A stretch of 64,000 nucleotides of DNA from Anthoceros angustus (GCA_010909165.1 VJWM01000297.1:51982-115981); one strand, 5' to 3'. Numbered from the stretch's first letter, positions 35,746-48,540 are shown. The notes: generated by a model not told the origin, from the sequence alone. Translations and numbers: made by a program.

Positions 35746-37323
35746 ATGCTGTGGCCTGCATCACCATCAGGAGAGTGGCGTCAGGAGTTGCGACAGCACA
35801 ACGACTGCCGGGACACTTGGAACGGTCCTGATGCGTGGGCGCTACCTGACAAAGTGTCAGATTGAGTCGCCGGAATCCAGAAGTTCAAGCATGAGAGATC
35901 CCAAGCGGAAAATGCATTCCTTTGTCAATCACCATCCCATCAAAGACACAGAAGGAGACAGCTAGGGACATGCCCAACTACTCACTCATGCACGCAAGCG
36001 GCTGAAATGAGCATGCTATTGTAATACGTGCCAGAATAAGAGCGGTGGATTGGACGGACATGACAGTCACTCCTGTGGAAAAGGAAGGAGAAGTCGGCGG
36101 TTGCAGCAAGTGGGCGATCCCAGGCATTGTAGAGTGGTGAGATCTTGGGGGCAATACGCAATCCCTGCGATCCCTTGCTTCCCTTGCTTCCCTTGCCAGC
36201 TACGGCGGCCGTAATCTAAAAGTCTAGTAGACCAGTTCTGTCCAGGCAAGGCAGGCTGGCGGAATTGAGGAAATGACGGCAGCACTCTTGTACTCCTAAC
36301 AACGTAAACAAACACAAGAAATGAAAGGCAGCCATCGACAAGAAGTAAGCAGAGAGAGCAGCACAAACTGCAAAGCACGGTTTGGGACAAACATGGTAAA
36401 GAAGGGGAAACAAAGAGAGTCCGAGCAGGAAAAGGAGATGCAGACGGCAGAGTGTGGCGTTGTGGTTGCTCAATGCCTAGCTAGAGGTAAAGAGAAGAGT
36501 CCGAGGCCAGGCGCCACAGTCACTTTCACCAGACCGAGTTACAACAGAAAGCAAGGCTTGTATAAGCTAGACAAGGTAGGCTCCAGCTCACGCACACATG
36601 GGCCGGAGGTGACAGCCAAGCAGGTATTGATAGAATAATCTGCAGGCCGCAGATAGTCGCCAGCAGGATGAGCTGAGGTGAGCAGAGCAGGGCAGGGTGC
36701 GGCTTGGTCGACTCGACGGTATCTACCAGAAGGCGCGCTTTGCCAGGCGTGGCAATTAAGAGCCTGGCGCAATGCGCGAATCCTGTGGCAGCCGGCAGGC
36801 AGGGTCGAAAGCAATTCCGGAAGAGAAGCCGAGTCCCGTCTAGACTAGTCCATGGCATTCCAGTGAGGTCCAGCGCAGTCCAGGCAAAGCATGCAGACCG
36901 GAAGAAAGTCGGAGAAGAGCGGAGAAGAGAGGAAGGGAGAGGAGAGGTGATTGAAGTTCAGTGCATGGGCAGGCACAGCACGTTGAATACAGGCAGAGCG
37001 GAAGCACGCGTTTCCTAGACGCTGCATTGAGATCCATGGGAGCTACCAATTGAAAGCGCTGCTTGTGCGCACAGGTTGCGCCAGTGACTGCAAGCCAGTG
37101 CGCACAGGACTAAGACTCGGAGGAGCAAACACACAAGACTGAAGACTGGTGCGCAAGGCAGGGAATTGGAGGCCTGCTGCTGCTGCAATTGGAAGAGGGA
37201 GACGGCAGCGGATGGATCCAGCGTGGCAAGGGCAAGGGCAAGGGCAAGGACAATTGCCCGGAGATGGGAGCATGGGAAGAATGTAGGCGAGTGAGCGTCA
37301 CGCAAGGTTGACAAGAGCAAGTC

Positions 37324-37396
37324 TTAGAGATCGTACAAGGGGAAGGATGCGAAATGCCGGTGCGCCTGCGGCTGTTGCTGGAGGAGAAGCCGGTGC

Positions 37397-37441
<45 letters not shown>

Positions 37442-37725
37442 TGCCGCTGGTCCGCGGTGAGAAAGGGATTGCTCCCTGCTGCTCCTGCTCTGAGAGTGGC
37501 GCTGCCTCCGGGAGGTAGAGCTGCGGCAGCAGTGGTGGCTGGCGGGAGAGGGGAAGCGGCAGCGGGAGGAGGAGGCGGCGAGGCGAGAGCAGGTGGTGCT
37601 CCTGGCTGGAGATGCTCGCCTTGTCGCTGCTCCTGCTCCTGCTCCTGCTCCTTGTTGTGTTGTTGTTGGTGCTGCTGCTGTTGTTGCTGGTGCTGGTGCT
37701 GCTGCGCGAGGTAATCATCTGACAT
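37324..37725 (-). CDS. 133-aa polyQ/Pro/Ala ORF upstream of LRL (candidate uORF or small gene)
   Basis: ATG at 37725, CAG tracts, ends RHFASFPLYDL*; low complexity makes coding status uncertain. Confidence 0.35.
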
Positions 37726-38996
37726 GGTCAGGCTCTCTCCTCCCGGCTCCGCCGCGGAAGATGCATTCTCTCTGCTCTCTCTTGCGGAGTGCGGGGCCAA
37801 TGCATCCGATTCCGAGGGGGCGAAGCGCGCGCGGCAAGCGGCAAGCGGCGAGCGGGAGGCGGCAGGGCCAGAGCCAAGGCCAGCCAGGGTCGCGAGACGC
37901 GGGAGTCGCGAGTCGCGAAGGTGGCAAGACAGGGAGAGCGAGGTGGCGGGGGCGATTGCGGTCGCGACCCGCCGACTCGCGACTCTGAGACGTGGCGAGC
38001 GATTGCCAGGGGGCGGGGGGATGTGTGTGTGAAGTGTGAAGAGAGAACACAAGAGACAGGCTCGGTCACGACTCGGCCAGGGACGGGCCCCGGCCCCGGC
38101 CCGTCGTTTGGCGGCTTCCTGTGTTTGGAAGCAGCACTGGAGTCAGTCAGGCACTACCACCAGCTTCTTCTCTCCTCTCCTCTGTCAGGTCCGACTGGAA
38201 GGGGTGCACTCCGGACTCGTCGCTCGACTGGTGACTGTCCCAGTCGACCCGCCCCTTCCCTGCCCTTCTCTTCCCCGCACGACCTGGGCCGACCTGTCAC
38301 CCTGCGCCCGCTGCGTGTCACTGCGTGTGTGTGTGTTGTCTCTCTGCCGACTGCCATGCCACTCTGCACTGGCATCCGATTCGCCATTCCCCGCCAGGCT
38401 GACCATGGTCCCCCCTCCCCCGGTCCCCACCTCATAGAAATGAAAACCAAAGGTAAATGCCGCTACCAACTAAAGCACCCAGCGTGGCCTGGCTTGGCCC
38501 GGCTGGAGCCCGGGCTGGGCTGGGCTGCCCTGGGCTGCCCAAATAATGGAGCACCCCGGGTCTCCTGCAGGACCAGGGGCAGCATGGCAGCATTGGGAGC
38601 TGGTATTTCCGTTTTTCGGGTGTTTCGGTTACGGATAACGATTGGCAAATGTTCTTCCATGGCATCGCATCGGCGAGCCCGCAACAACAAACAACGAGAA
38701 GAAAACAAAAAACGAGCAATCCGATTCCTCCACGTATCTGTCAAAGTACGAGAAGCAAGCAAGCGAATGACGACCGGACCCCAGGGAATGGTCGGAAAGG
38801 GACCAGGAAGGAAGGAAGGAAGTGCGGAAGGAAGGAAAGGGTGTAATGCAAGCAAGTGCAAGAAGGAGTAGATAGGAATGATAAGAGCAGCACAAGGCCC
38901 CACCCCCACAAAAATGAGCAAGTTTGGCGTTGGGTGGGACATTCCAAAGGAGGGCTAGTGCGCTGGTGATGATTATCGTCACTATCGCCCATTCAC

Positions 38997-39039
38997 GCCT
39001 TGCCTTGCCTTGCCTTGCCTTGCCTTGCCTTGCCTTGCC
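38997..39039. repeat. (GCCTT)n microsatellite
   Basis: About 8 copies of the pentamer. Confidence 0.95.
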
Positions 39040-42000
39040 ATCCCTTCCCTCGCCTTCTTTTGGATTATGCTTTTTCCTTGTTGGACTGCAAGGGATGGCT
39101 GCCATTCCCATGAAAAGAAAACAAACATTGAAGGAGACGTGACGCTCGGAGACCTCAACTCCCCAACAAACGTTTTTCCTGTGTGCACCCCCGGCTATGA
39201 TAGCTTAGATGGCATAGAGCATCGCTATAGTAAGTGGGAGGTTTTGAGTTCAATTCTGAGTCAGGGCATTATCCCTACATTCTAAAAAAGCAAAGAGCAA
39301 AGCAAGGGCGGTAGGCCCGCAGCAGCCGGGGCGACAGTGGCAAGATTAGAAGAAAATTGTGTCGGTGGAGGAGGTTGGTAGAGGGGTGTCACTGCCCCTA
39401 GCCGCATGGCCATATGGATTAGCAGCAGCGGATGATAGGCATGTTGTAGAAGCATGCAGGGCGGGATGTGAGCAGTGAGCAGTGAGCAGCGAACAGCAAG
39501 GGAGCAGTGCAGTCTGCACAGAGCAGAGCAGTGCAGGGTGTGCTGTGTGGACGCGACCAGACAGGAGCCCGTCTGCAGCAGCAGGCAGGCTGTCAGGGGC
39601 CAGGCGCAGCACAGGTAGCAGGTACCGGCACATGCCCGCCTACGGACCGGCAGTGGCAGGCAGGCAGCGCTGCAGAGGTTGCTACAAGCTACAAGCTAGA
39701 GCTAGTCGTTGCCGTTGGGAATATTATTCGAATCCAAGGAACGGTACCCACGGAACTAGGAGGGAAGCGGGAGAGCTGGCTATTAACAGGCGAGGGCGAG
39801 GGCGAGGGCGAGGTCCCAAGGGGTCGGGTCCCGTCCCCGTCGGGACTCCCGAAACCCCGGTCCCCAGTCCCCAGTCCCCCGTCCCGGACGCTCACGCAGC
39901 TTAGGACAGAAACTTTAGGGACGCCGTATTATTAGCCGGCATCATATTAGGGGAGAAGGCTTTTGCGGCCCGGCAGCGGACGCCCACTGTAGTGCTCTTG
40001 CCATTGTATTTCGAAATCGCGTTGTGGGCTGTGGGGAGGGTTGCGAGCCCCGGGCGCGGGCTCGGGCGCGCGGGGAATAAAGTATGTCTATGTATGAGGC
40101 CAGGCCCCAGGACCAGGACCAGGACCAGGGCCCGGGGTCGGGGCCGGGGCAGGGGCCAGGGCCGGGCGGGGCCGCGGGGCCGCGGGGCCTGCTCTGGCCT
40201 GCTCTCTGCTCCGCAAGCCAGGGGAATCGTTTTCGGGGGGCGCGCGGGCCCGCTTCCCCCCTCTTCAGCAGATGCTCCATGCTGGATGCGCCAACAAGTC
40301 ACAGATAACTACATTCTACTCTACTCTACTCTACTCTACAACAGCAGCCGCTGCTTCATCGCTCCAAACAGCAGCATCGGAAGAAGCAGCATCAGCTCCG
40401 CCTCCCCAGCTTCCCTTCCTGTTACGTGAGATACGTTGTCTAAAAACTCCTCTCGGTACGCACCGCCCAAACCCGAGTGTGGGAAATGCAACGGTGGCAG
40501 GCGCCTGGAAGATTCGGATACCCCATGTGCACTGCTCACCCTCTTCATCTGCTCATGCCGCTGCTGCTTCTGCAGCTCCGGCCGCGACCCGGGCAGCAGC
40601 AGCTGGATGCACTGCCAGGCCGACGATTTGCTCACACACTTGGCACTTTGCTGCCGAAAGTAGCTCGCTCACCGGTTGGTGAGCACAGCTGCACAGGCCA
40701 GGCCGCTCTGATCTTGCTGTTGTTGTAGTTGCTGTTCCAACCACGCCTTATTACGGAATGATTGGACCATAACCAACGCAGGGCAACATCCCTCTGCCGC
40801 TGCCGCTGCCGCTCCCGCTGGCGTGACTGGAAGAAACAGCTCAGTCATCAGTCCAGGCCAGGACTCCAGTCCAGTCTCCCATCGGTCAGTCAGAGCAGAG
40901 AATCTTTGGCTCGGCAGGTGAAGCCAGGGAGTAAAAAATTGGACGAAAAGCAACTTCATCCTGCCCGCTGGAGTTGCCTGCTGGTATGCAATGTACTGCA
41001 CAAGGCTGGCCTGCCGAATGCCCATGGAGCAACGGAGCATTCTGCACTGCATTCATGAGCCTGCCAATTCCCACTGCCCGAGCCTGGTCAAACCCCAGGT
41101 TGAGGCTACACAAAGTACACTACCGGCCTTGCCGGCCCCCCGCCTCCATGCTGTTATTACCACTTGCTTGCCTGCCTGGCTGCCCCAACAAATCTCCATG
41201 AATGCACCGGCACCTCCACACCTGCACTGTGTACATCACACATTTGCAGCGTACTTCTAGATTCATCTTTCACTTCCCTCCCATACACATAACTCACGTA
41301 TGAGAAGGAAGATGGGAGTGAAACAAAGATTTCCATCTCTTACTCTGGGACTCGACCTAGTCACCAGCCGAAGCAAATTTCCAATTTCCGCACACAACGA
41401 TACGCTTGTAGGTAGTGCCGGTGTTTCATCTCCTTCTTCATCCACTTTTTCATAAGCTTTACAAAGGGGTGAAAAGCGAATCTAATCTAATTGCAACGAA
41501 GATGGAAGTCGCGTGGAGTGCGTATCACGAAACGCGTGAAACGATAGAGGCAACGGCAGAGAGAGCAAAGCAGATGCGGCGGAAGGGCGGAAGCTCCATG
41601 ACAGATCCAAGCGCTGGCTGGCAATGAAGGCGGTGGTTAGGGCAGACGCAAGGGGCCTGGCCGCAATACGCCGTACCACGTGACCAGTGGCAGCGTATGT
41701 ACTCCGACTGCTACAGTACCGCCTGTGGACGCCCCACTAGCGGAAAAGCGCAGAACGGGAAATGGCGTGGCCCACTGCGGGCCATCATGGCATGGGCAAG
41801 CGAATATTTGTTTTTGGCGTTCCGCGTGGCCCGGCCCCTGGACCGTGGGCCCGCCTCCGGCTCCGACTCCGACTCCGGCTCCGACTCCGGCTCCGACTGG
41901 CCCCTCCAACGGAACGGGTAGGTGGGTGGGGGGACCCCGTAACGTCACACCCTCCACCGCCAATCATGAGGCGCCCGCAGCTGTGGCGCCCAGTAATATA

Positions 42001-43438
42001 CATTTACGACCCAAAGTTGCAGACTTTTGTGGCCATCGTCACGCCAGGCCCGCCCCACGCATGATGCGCCTGGGCCTGCCCCTGCCCGTGCCCCGGCCTC
42101 GACGGGCTCCGTTGCGCCACCGCCTGGTGCCGGTGGGCGCGTCGGTGCGCCGGTGGGGCCGGTGGTCCCGGTTGTCCCGGTGGCCCGGTCGCCCCGCCCC
42201 CGGGCTGTCAGCGTGCGAGCCGGGTTCCGGTCGGCCACTAGCGGCCCAGCCGCGCGTGCGCGTCTGCCAAACCGGTGCCCCGGTCGCCGTGCCACCGCCA
42301 GCCTCGCCCCTCGGGCCTCCGCCATTCCCTCAGGCGCCGTTGACATGGGCCACCGGCGTAGCGCGTTGCCCAGTTGCGTTTCCCTCAGGCCCACGCGTGC
42401 GCGTCGCTTCCGCCTTGCGGCCTTGCGGCCTTGCCCCGCGCAGCCCGCTTGCCATTTTTAGGGGCGACACCGGAACCCGGCTGCCTGCTGCCTGCTCCCT
42501 ACTGCCTGCTGCCTGCTGCCCTCCGCACTCGACCACTTCCCCCAAAATCGTCCCACTGTACCTAGAATGTAAATGCATCTGGGTTTGCGCGCCAACGCTT
42601 TTCCTGTTCCATCTTTTCGCTATGCCTCCCTCCGTCTTCCCACTCTCCCATTCCCATCACGCTCCATGCAATGCTCCATCCCATGCTCCATGCATAATTA
42701 CAATTCAATTATGTTCCATGTACATACCTTGGTTTAGGTCTGGCACGAGAGAATCCAGTGTTTAGGTTCTATGAGCACGGAGGTGCAGCTCAATGGCACA
42801 AGGAAACCAAGTATGTCTCAAAAAAACTCCTCCTCTATGGAAGGTTGCCCGAACAACACAAAACTCAACGGAACCAAGGGAACGTGCAAGCACCTTCATC
42901 GTCAGCAGCCAGTTTTGTGTTGCGAGCTGGGGATATTCTGCTTTGCTAGCACCTTGGAACGCATGTACCTGCCGGCACACCTAGTGCTGCATCATTCTCC
43001 GTCTGGCCACACAGGCAAGCCAGGCACAATGATTTCTTCCGAGCGACATTTGCTTTTGGCCTGAACCTATCCTGCGACTCGTTCCAAAACCTTCCATGAT
43101 GCGCTAGAGGGTTTTGAAGTGCCCAGAAGAGTATCACACATGTCGTATCGTTTTGAGGGCTGCAAACACACGGGGGGCTATTTCGTCTGCCACTTGCTCG
43201 TTGTTGGGTGTAGGTGTGTCTTCGTCCGTGTTCCCGTTCGTGCTCAAACACGGCTGTTACGCCTCCAGAAAGGGACTGTAAGAGGATAGATATTGTTTGC
43301 TGCTTTTCTTTGCCCGCCTCTGATCGAGGACTTGGTGTTGCGAGTGCCCGAGCGGGGATGCTGTGTTAGCGCACATGGATATGGAAACTGTCATCGGCGC
43401 ATCGGGGTTCGGCCAAGCTGGAGCTCCAGATCTGGGTT

Positions 43439-46400
43439 TTGGATCCAGGCTTGACTCCTTTGGTTCAGGTTGTGCGTATCATGGCTGCCTCCCGTGCCGC
43501 ACGTCAATCGCACTTGAAGTGCTCCGCTGGCCTCATGTCCGGCTTTTGCAAGCCAGCGTGGGTGGGCTCTGCGGATGTGCACATGGGTTGGCGTGGAGCT
43601 GCATCACTACCGGATGATCTTGACCCTCGCAGGCCTGCAGGATATGAAAGGGGCGTAACGGCGGAGACTGTGAGCCAGCTATGTCAGCAGGGGCAGCTCA
43701 CCGAGGCTGTCGAGGCCCTGGGAGTTCTGGTGCACACACGCTGTCGAATTACCCAACCTCTCTTTCATACGGTCCTGAGGAAATGTGCGGTCCAGAGGGA
43801 TCTAGTTCTGGGTCGCCGTGTGCATGCTCTCACTGTGAAAGGGGGAAATGAGTCGGACACGTTCTTGTGCAACCATATCCTGCGAATGTATGCTGCTCAT
43901 GCCAGGTTGCAGGAAGCGATGGATGTTTTTGCACTTGTGGCCAGACCAGATGCCTTTACGTGGTCTGCCATAATCTCTGCTCATGTTAAGTACGGACATG
44001 ATAAGGAGGCCATAGAACTGTATCGCCGCATGCCAACGTCAGGCATTAAGCCAGATGGGCATGTGTTTGTAGCAGCGCTTCAGGCTTGTGCAAGGGCAGC
44101 AGACTTGAAAACTGGGCAGGAGGTTCATGCTCATGTGTTGGATAGCGGGATTAAACCTGACTTGTTTCTTTGCAATACTTTGGTGGACATGTATGCGAAG
44201 TGTGGCATCTTGGACGAGGCGCAAAGGGTGTTTGACGGAATTGTTCACAAGAACGTGGTAACATGGAACACCTTGATAGCAGGGTATTCCCAGCAGAGCA
44301 TGGGACAGGAAGCCCTTGGTCTTTACAGGGCTATGCAAGAAGAAGACATTGTTACACCCGATTCAGTGACTTTTGTGAGCCTGTTGCAGGCATGTGCTAC
44401 TGTCGGTCCTGCGGCACTGGAGAAGGGAAAACAGCTTCACGCACAACTCACAGAACGAGGATTTCAAGCTGATGTGTTTGTCGCCTGCAGTTTGGTGAAC
44501 ATGTATGCTAAGTGTGGCAGCTTGGCGGATGCTCGGGAAGTTTTTGATGGGCTTTCTCGCAAAGAAGTCACGACGTGGAATGCTATGATTGCAGGGTATT
44601 CTCAGCAGGGCATGGGACAGAAAGCCCTTTCTCTCTGCACATCTATGCGAGAAGAAGGCGTCGTTGTACCCAATTCTGTGACATTTGTGTGCCTCCTTCA
44701 GGCATGTGCAAGTGTCGGCACCATGGGTCTGAAGGAGGGGAAGCAGCTTCACGCCCAAATTAGAGAACGAGGGCTTCAATCTGATGCGTGTGTGGCCAGC
44801 AGTTTGGTGAACATGTATGCAAAGTGCGGCAGCCTGGAGGATGCCCGAGGCGTGTTTGACGGACTTGCTGAAAAAAATGTAGTTACGTGGACAGCTCTGA
44901 TAGCAGGATATTCTGAGCAGGGCATGTGTCTGGAAGCCCTTTCTCTTCACAGTGCCATGCAAGAAGGCGGCATGGCTGCACCCAACCCTGTGACGTGTGT
45001 GTGCCTTCTGCAGGCATGTGCAAGTGTGGGCGCCCCAGCCTTGGAGAAGGGAAAGCAACTTCATGCACAGATGGGAGAACATGGGCTTCAGGCTGATGTA
45101 TCTGTAGCCAACAGTTTGGTGAACATGTATGCAAAGTGTGGCAGTCTAGAAGATGCTCAGCGTGTGTTTGATGGACTTCCTCATAAAAATATGGTGACGT
45201 GGAATGCGATGATTGCAGGATATTCTCAGCAGGGCAGGGGTCAGGAAGCCCTTTGTCTTCACTTTGCTATGCAACAAGAAGGCATCAGTGCTCCGGACCC
45301 TGTGACCTTTGTGTCCCTCCTGCAGGCATGTGCAAGTGTGGGTAACCCAGCACTGGAGAAGGGGAAGCAGCTTCATGCACAAATTAGAGAACGGGAACTC
45401 CGAGCTGATGTCTTTGTAGCCAGCAGTTTGGTTAACATGTATGCAAAGTGCGGCAGCCTAGAGGATGCTCGGGCAGTGTTCGACAGACTTGAACAGAAAA
45501 ATGTGGTGACATGGAGTTCGATGATAGCTGGCTATTCCCAGCAGGGCATGGGGCAGGAAGCCCTTGCTCTTTACAAGGCTATGCAAGAAGACGGTCTTGT
45601 CGCACCCAATAGTGTGACATTTGTGTGCCTTCTGCAGGCATGTGCAAATTTAGCTGCCTTGCATCTGGGAAGGCAGTTGCATGTGCAGATAAAAGAACAA
45701 GGGCTGCAAGCTGATGCCCTTGTAGCCAGCGGTTTGATAAACATGTATGGGAAGTCTGGCAGCATGGTTGATGCACAACTGGTGTTCAAGGCATTGCCTG
45801 AAAGAGACGTTGTCACCTGGAATGCACTGATTTCAGGCTACACCCGGCAAGGCGATAGTCAAATGGTCTTTGATTTGTTTGACAGAATGAGAGAGGATGG
45901 CATACAGCCAGTCGGCATCACTTTCCTTTGTCTGCTCACAGTATGCAGTCATTCGGGTCTAGTGAACAAGGGGCAAGAGATATTTGAGGCCATGCGCAGA
46001 CACCATGGAATCACTCCTACAGTAGAGCACTACTCATGCATGGTGGACCTTCTGGGGCGTGCAGGCCGGGTGGAGGAGGCACTAACTGTGGGAAGGACAA
46101 TGCCTGTACTGCCTACTGTTGCGGTTTGGCACAACCTATTGGGAGCTTGTCGAAAGTGGAGCAATGTGGAGGTGGGGCGCCATGCTTTTGATGAGGCGGT
46201 CCAGATGGACAGTAAAGATCCTGCAGCATATGTCTCCATGTCAAACATATACATCGGTGCCCAGATGTGGGAGCAGGCAGAGGAGATGCAAGTGAGAAGA
46301 AAAGTATGCGGGGCATGGAAGCAGCCTGGCCAGAGCTGGTGGACAGACATGGAGGGACTGGTGCATAGTTTTTTGGTTGGGGATAGGATTCATCCCGAGA

Positions 46401-46519
46401 GTGGAGGCATATATGCAAGACTGCAACAACTGTTTTCCAAAATAAAAAACGAAAGCTGTGTGCTAGAGTCGTCAATTGATTATGGGAAGGAGCATCAGCT
46501 GATTGAACACCTAGGGTGA
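43439..46519 (+). CDS. PLS-class PPR protein with E1/E2 and WW-type PG box, truncated DYW (organellar RNA-editing factor-like), intronless
   Basis: Repeating P-L-S triplets (VTWNAMIAGYSQQG / VTFVCLLQACASVG / LVNMYAKCGSLEDA), EHYSCMVDLLGRAG, LLGACRKWSN, AYVSMSNIY, KQPGQSWWTD..VHSFLVGD.IHP; start ATG uncertain. Confidence 0.95.
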   Translation: MDPGLTPLVQVVRIMAASRAARQSHLKCSAGLMSGFCKPAWVGSADVHMGWRGAASLPDDLDPRRPAGYERGVTAETVSQLCQQGQLTEAVEALGVLVHTRCRITQPLFHTVLRKCAVQRDLVLGRRVHALTVKGGNESDTFLCNHILRMYAAHARLQEAMDVFALVARPDAFTWSAIISAHVKYGHDKEAIELYRRMPTSGIKPDGHVFVAALQACARAADLKTGQEVHAHVLDSGIKPDLFLCNTLVDMYAKCGILDEAQRVFDGIVHKNVVTWNTLIAGYSQQSMGQEALGLYRAMQEEDIVTPDSVTFVSLLQACATVGPAALEKGKQLHAQLTERGFQADVFVACSLVNMYAKCGSLADAREVFDGLSRKEVTTWNAMIAGYSQQGMGQKALSLCTSMREEGVVVPNSVTFVCLLQACASVGTMGLKEGKQLHAQIRERGLQSDACVASSLVNMYAKCGSLEDARGVFDGLAEKNVVTWTALIAGYSEQGMCLEALSLHSAMQEGGMAAPNPVTCVCLLQACASVGAPALEKGKQLHAQMGEHGLQADVSVANSLVNMYAKCGSLEDAQRVFDGLPHKNMVTWNAMIAGYSQQGRGQEALCLHFAMQQEGISAPDPVTFVSLLQACASVGNPALEKGKQLHAQIRERELRADVFVASSLVNMYAKCGSLEDARAVFDRLEQKNVVTWSSMIAGYSQQGMGQEALALYKAMQEDGLVAPNSVTFVCLLQACANLAALHLGRQLHVQIKEQGLQADALVASGLINMYGKSGSMVDAQLVFKALPERDVVTWNALISGYTRQGDSQMVFDLFDRMREDGIQPVGITFLCLLTVCSHSGLVNKGQEIFEAMRRHHGITPTVEHYSCMVDLLGRAGRVEEALTVGRTMPVLPTVAVWHNLLGACRKWSNVEVGRHAFDEAVQMDSKDPAAYVSMSNIYIGAQMWEQAEEMQVRRKVCGAWKQPGQSWWTDMEGLVHSFLVGDRIHPESGGIYARLQQLFSKIKNESCVLESSIDYGKEHQLIEHLG

Positions 46520-46916
46520 TGCCCTAGGGTGTCACCTCTTTCGTTAGTCAGTAGTTAACGTGAAATGTGATACACCTAACTCGGAAACCGTTGGAAATGT
46601 CGGTAGCGAGTATTGGGCGTTAAATAATTATGTCTACGCTTTATCTAATAAAAGGAGAGTCCTATATGGTCTTAACATGGACAGAGACCTTGACTCCAGT
46701 TGGGGGTGTGTGCGGGAGACAACAATTAAAAATCAGATTACATATCTTTGCCCAATGGCTTACCTGAAAAATATCAAGCCATTAGGTGGTGTGTGCCTAA
46801 TAGCTATATCAACTACCATATGTCGGCAACAATGTTTTCACCATTTGAGGTTCCTCCTCATCATTCACCAATTTTCAGCAAATTTCAGCATATCCAAGAC
46901 CTAATGTTTTCACCAT

Positions 46917-47800
46917 TTGAGGTTCCTCCTCATCATTCACCAATTTCAGCATATCCAAGACCTACTGGTAAAGTTTAAGCTTGATCAAGCTCTTCTTGTG
47001 ACGACACCCTTTGCAGTCGGCATGAAGTTGACAAGCCTACAATGTCCCCAAAGTGCTGAAGAACAAGCTAAATTGGCCACAGTACCCTATAGACACGTTG
47101 TTGGTAGTTTGCTGTTTGTGGCAAACTGGACACGTCCAGACATTCAGTTTTCAGTTAATACTTTATCCCAGTTCCTTGAAAAGCCAGGACGAGCACACTG
47201 GATTGCTGCAAAGAGAGTTTTCCGGTACCTGAAGGGAACTGCTCGTTTTGAGTTATTCTACAAACGCACTGGGCAGGACAAACTCGTGTTAAAGGGTTTT
47301 AGTGACGTTGACTGGGCATCAGACAACGAACATAGCTTGTGCACAGACTATTTCCTATTGTCATCAGCTGCAATCGATTGGAGCTGTAAGAAACAGACAT
47401 CTATGGCACTATCGTCAACAAAAGCAGAGTATAAGAGTTTGACAGATGCATCCAAGGAACTCGAATGAGAATATACATTTCTCAAGGATCTTGGACAACA
47501 GCAGACCAAGCCTACTCCTCTTCTCTGCGATAACATGTCAGCGTTGGCGTTAGCAGCAAACCCCAGATTTCATGCGAGAACAAAACATATCGAAATACAA
47601 CACCACTATATAAGGGATGTACGTAGCAGAACGAGGTGTGGTGAAAGTAGTTTTTGTGCCCACTGAAGAGAACACTACTGATATCCTAACTAAAGCCCTC
47701 TCTAAGCATAGACAATATGCTCGTAAGGCAGGGCTTGGACTGTCGGACTTCTCTCCCTACCTCGTAGACAAGATGTGAAACTTATATGGGGGGGAGGTTG
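46917..47800 (+). pseudogene. Ty1/copia RT-RNase H 3' fragment with polypurine tract
   Basis: YRHVVGSLLF..TRPDI, RVFRYLKGT, GFSDVDWASD, SSTKAEY, DNMSAL, HARTKHIE, DILTKAL; GGGGGGGAG at ~47788-47796. Confidence 0.9.
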
Positions 47801-48540
47801 AAGGCCTAAACCTTCAATTTATTTGGTGAAGTATGGTGTTCTCTTACAAGCATGTACTGTTAGACGAGGAAAACTGTGAATAGAAAGCAAGGAGGAAACA
47901 GGTGGATGAAGCTCGATGCAAAACTAATCACTTGATATTCTTCTAAGTATCGCTCCTTATCTCTCAACTTCTCCAACACTTGAACCATTTCTGCAAGCGG
48001 TTTGAGGAGAGTGGTCTCGGTGTCTGGAGTCACTTTTGGCTTCACCTAAGGCTCATGATCCTCCTCCTCAATTTCATATTGCTCTTGAGGGCCGCTCCAA
48101 CACAAGTTGATGTTGAGGCAGATGCGACACCCTCCCAAAAGCACATAAGCCCCCATGCAGTATTTCTCATCCCAGTCCTCTGGCTTAGGAGTAACCCTCC
48201 TTGGCCTGGCCTTGTTGTTCTATCTGGGCTGATTTCCCCCTGCAGATTATTCAAAATCCTCATATGTTCTCTCATACTGGAAGCCGCTTCTCATCTTCAT
48301 CGCGATAGATAAGATTCAGTAGAAAGAAGCACGCGAGCTCAGCTGCGACTACACGAGAGGATATATGGAAGGCCATGATGCCGAGAAGGACGGAGGCAGC
48401 TGAGCATAATCGATGAGCGGAACTCAGCGTATACACTTGCGCTGGCCTTACGCTGGGCACGAGGTTTGTGAAGACTGATATACGTGTAGAGTAATGAATA
48501 CCATGTATCATGACCTAGTATAGCGTAGATTAAGAGGGAG

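Noticed and set aside
39037-39100. miR319-like sequence TTGGACTGCAAGGGA with a 10-bp stem
   Set aside because: Insertion and 3' mismatch relative to miR319; stem too short for a precursor.
41268-41330. Imperfect purine/pyrimidine hairpin resembling a small pre-miRNA
   Set aside because: Short, bulged, explained by low-complexity tracts; no known mature sequence recognised.
37789-42765. Long ORFs (360 aa at 37789, 361 aa at 41680 and others) in the GC-rich intergenic region
   Set aside because: Low-complexity Arg/Pro/Gly frames produced by high GC and microsatellites; no domain motifs.
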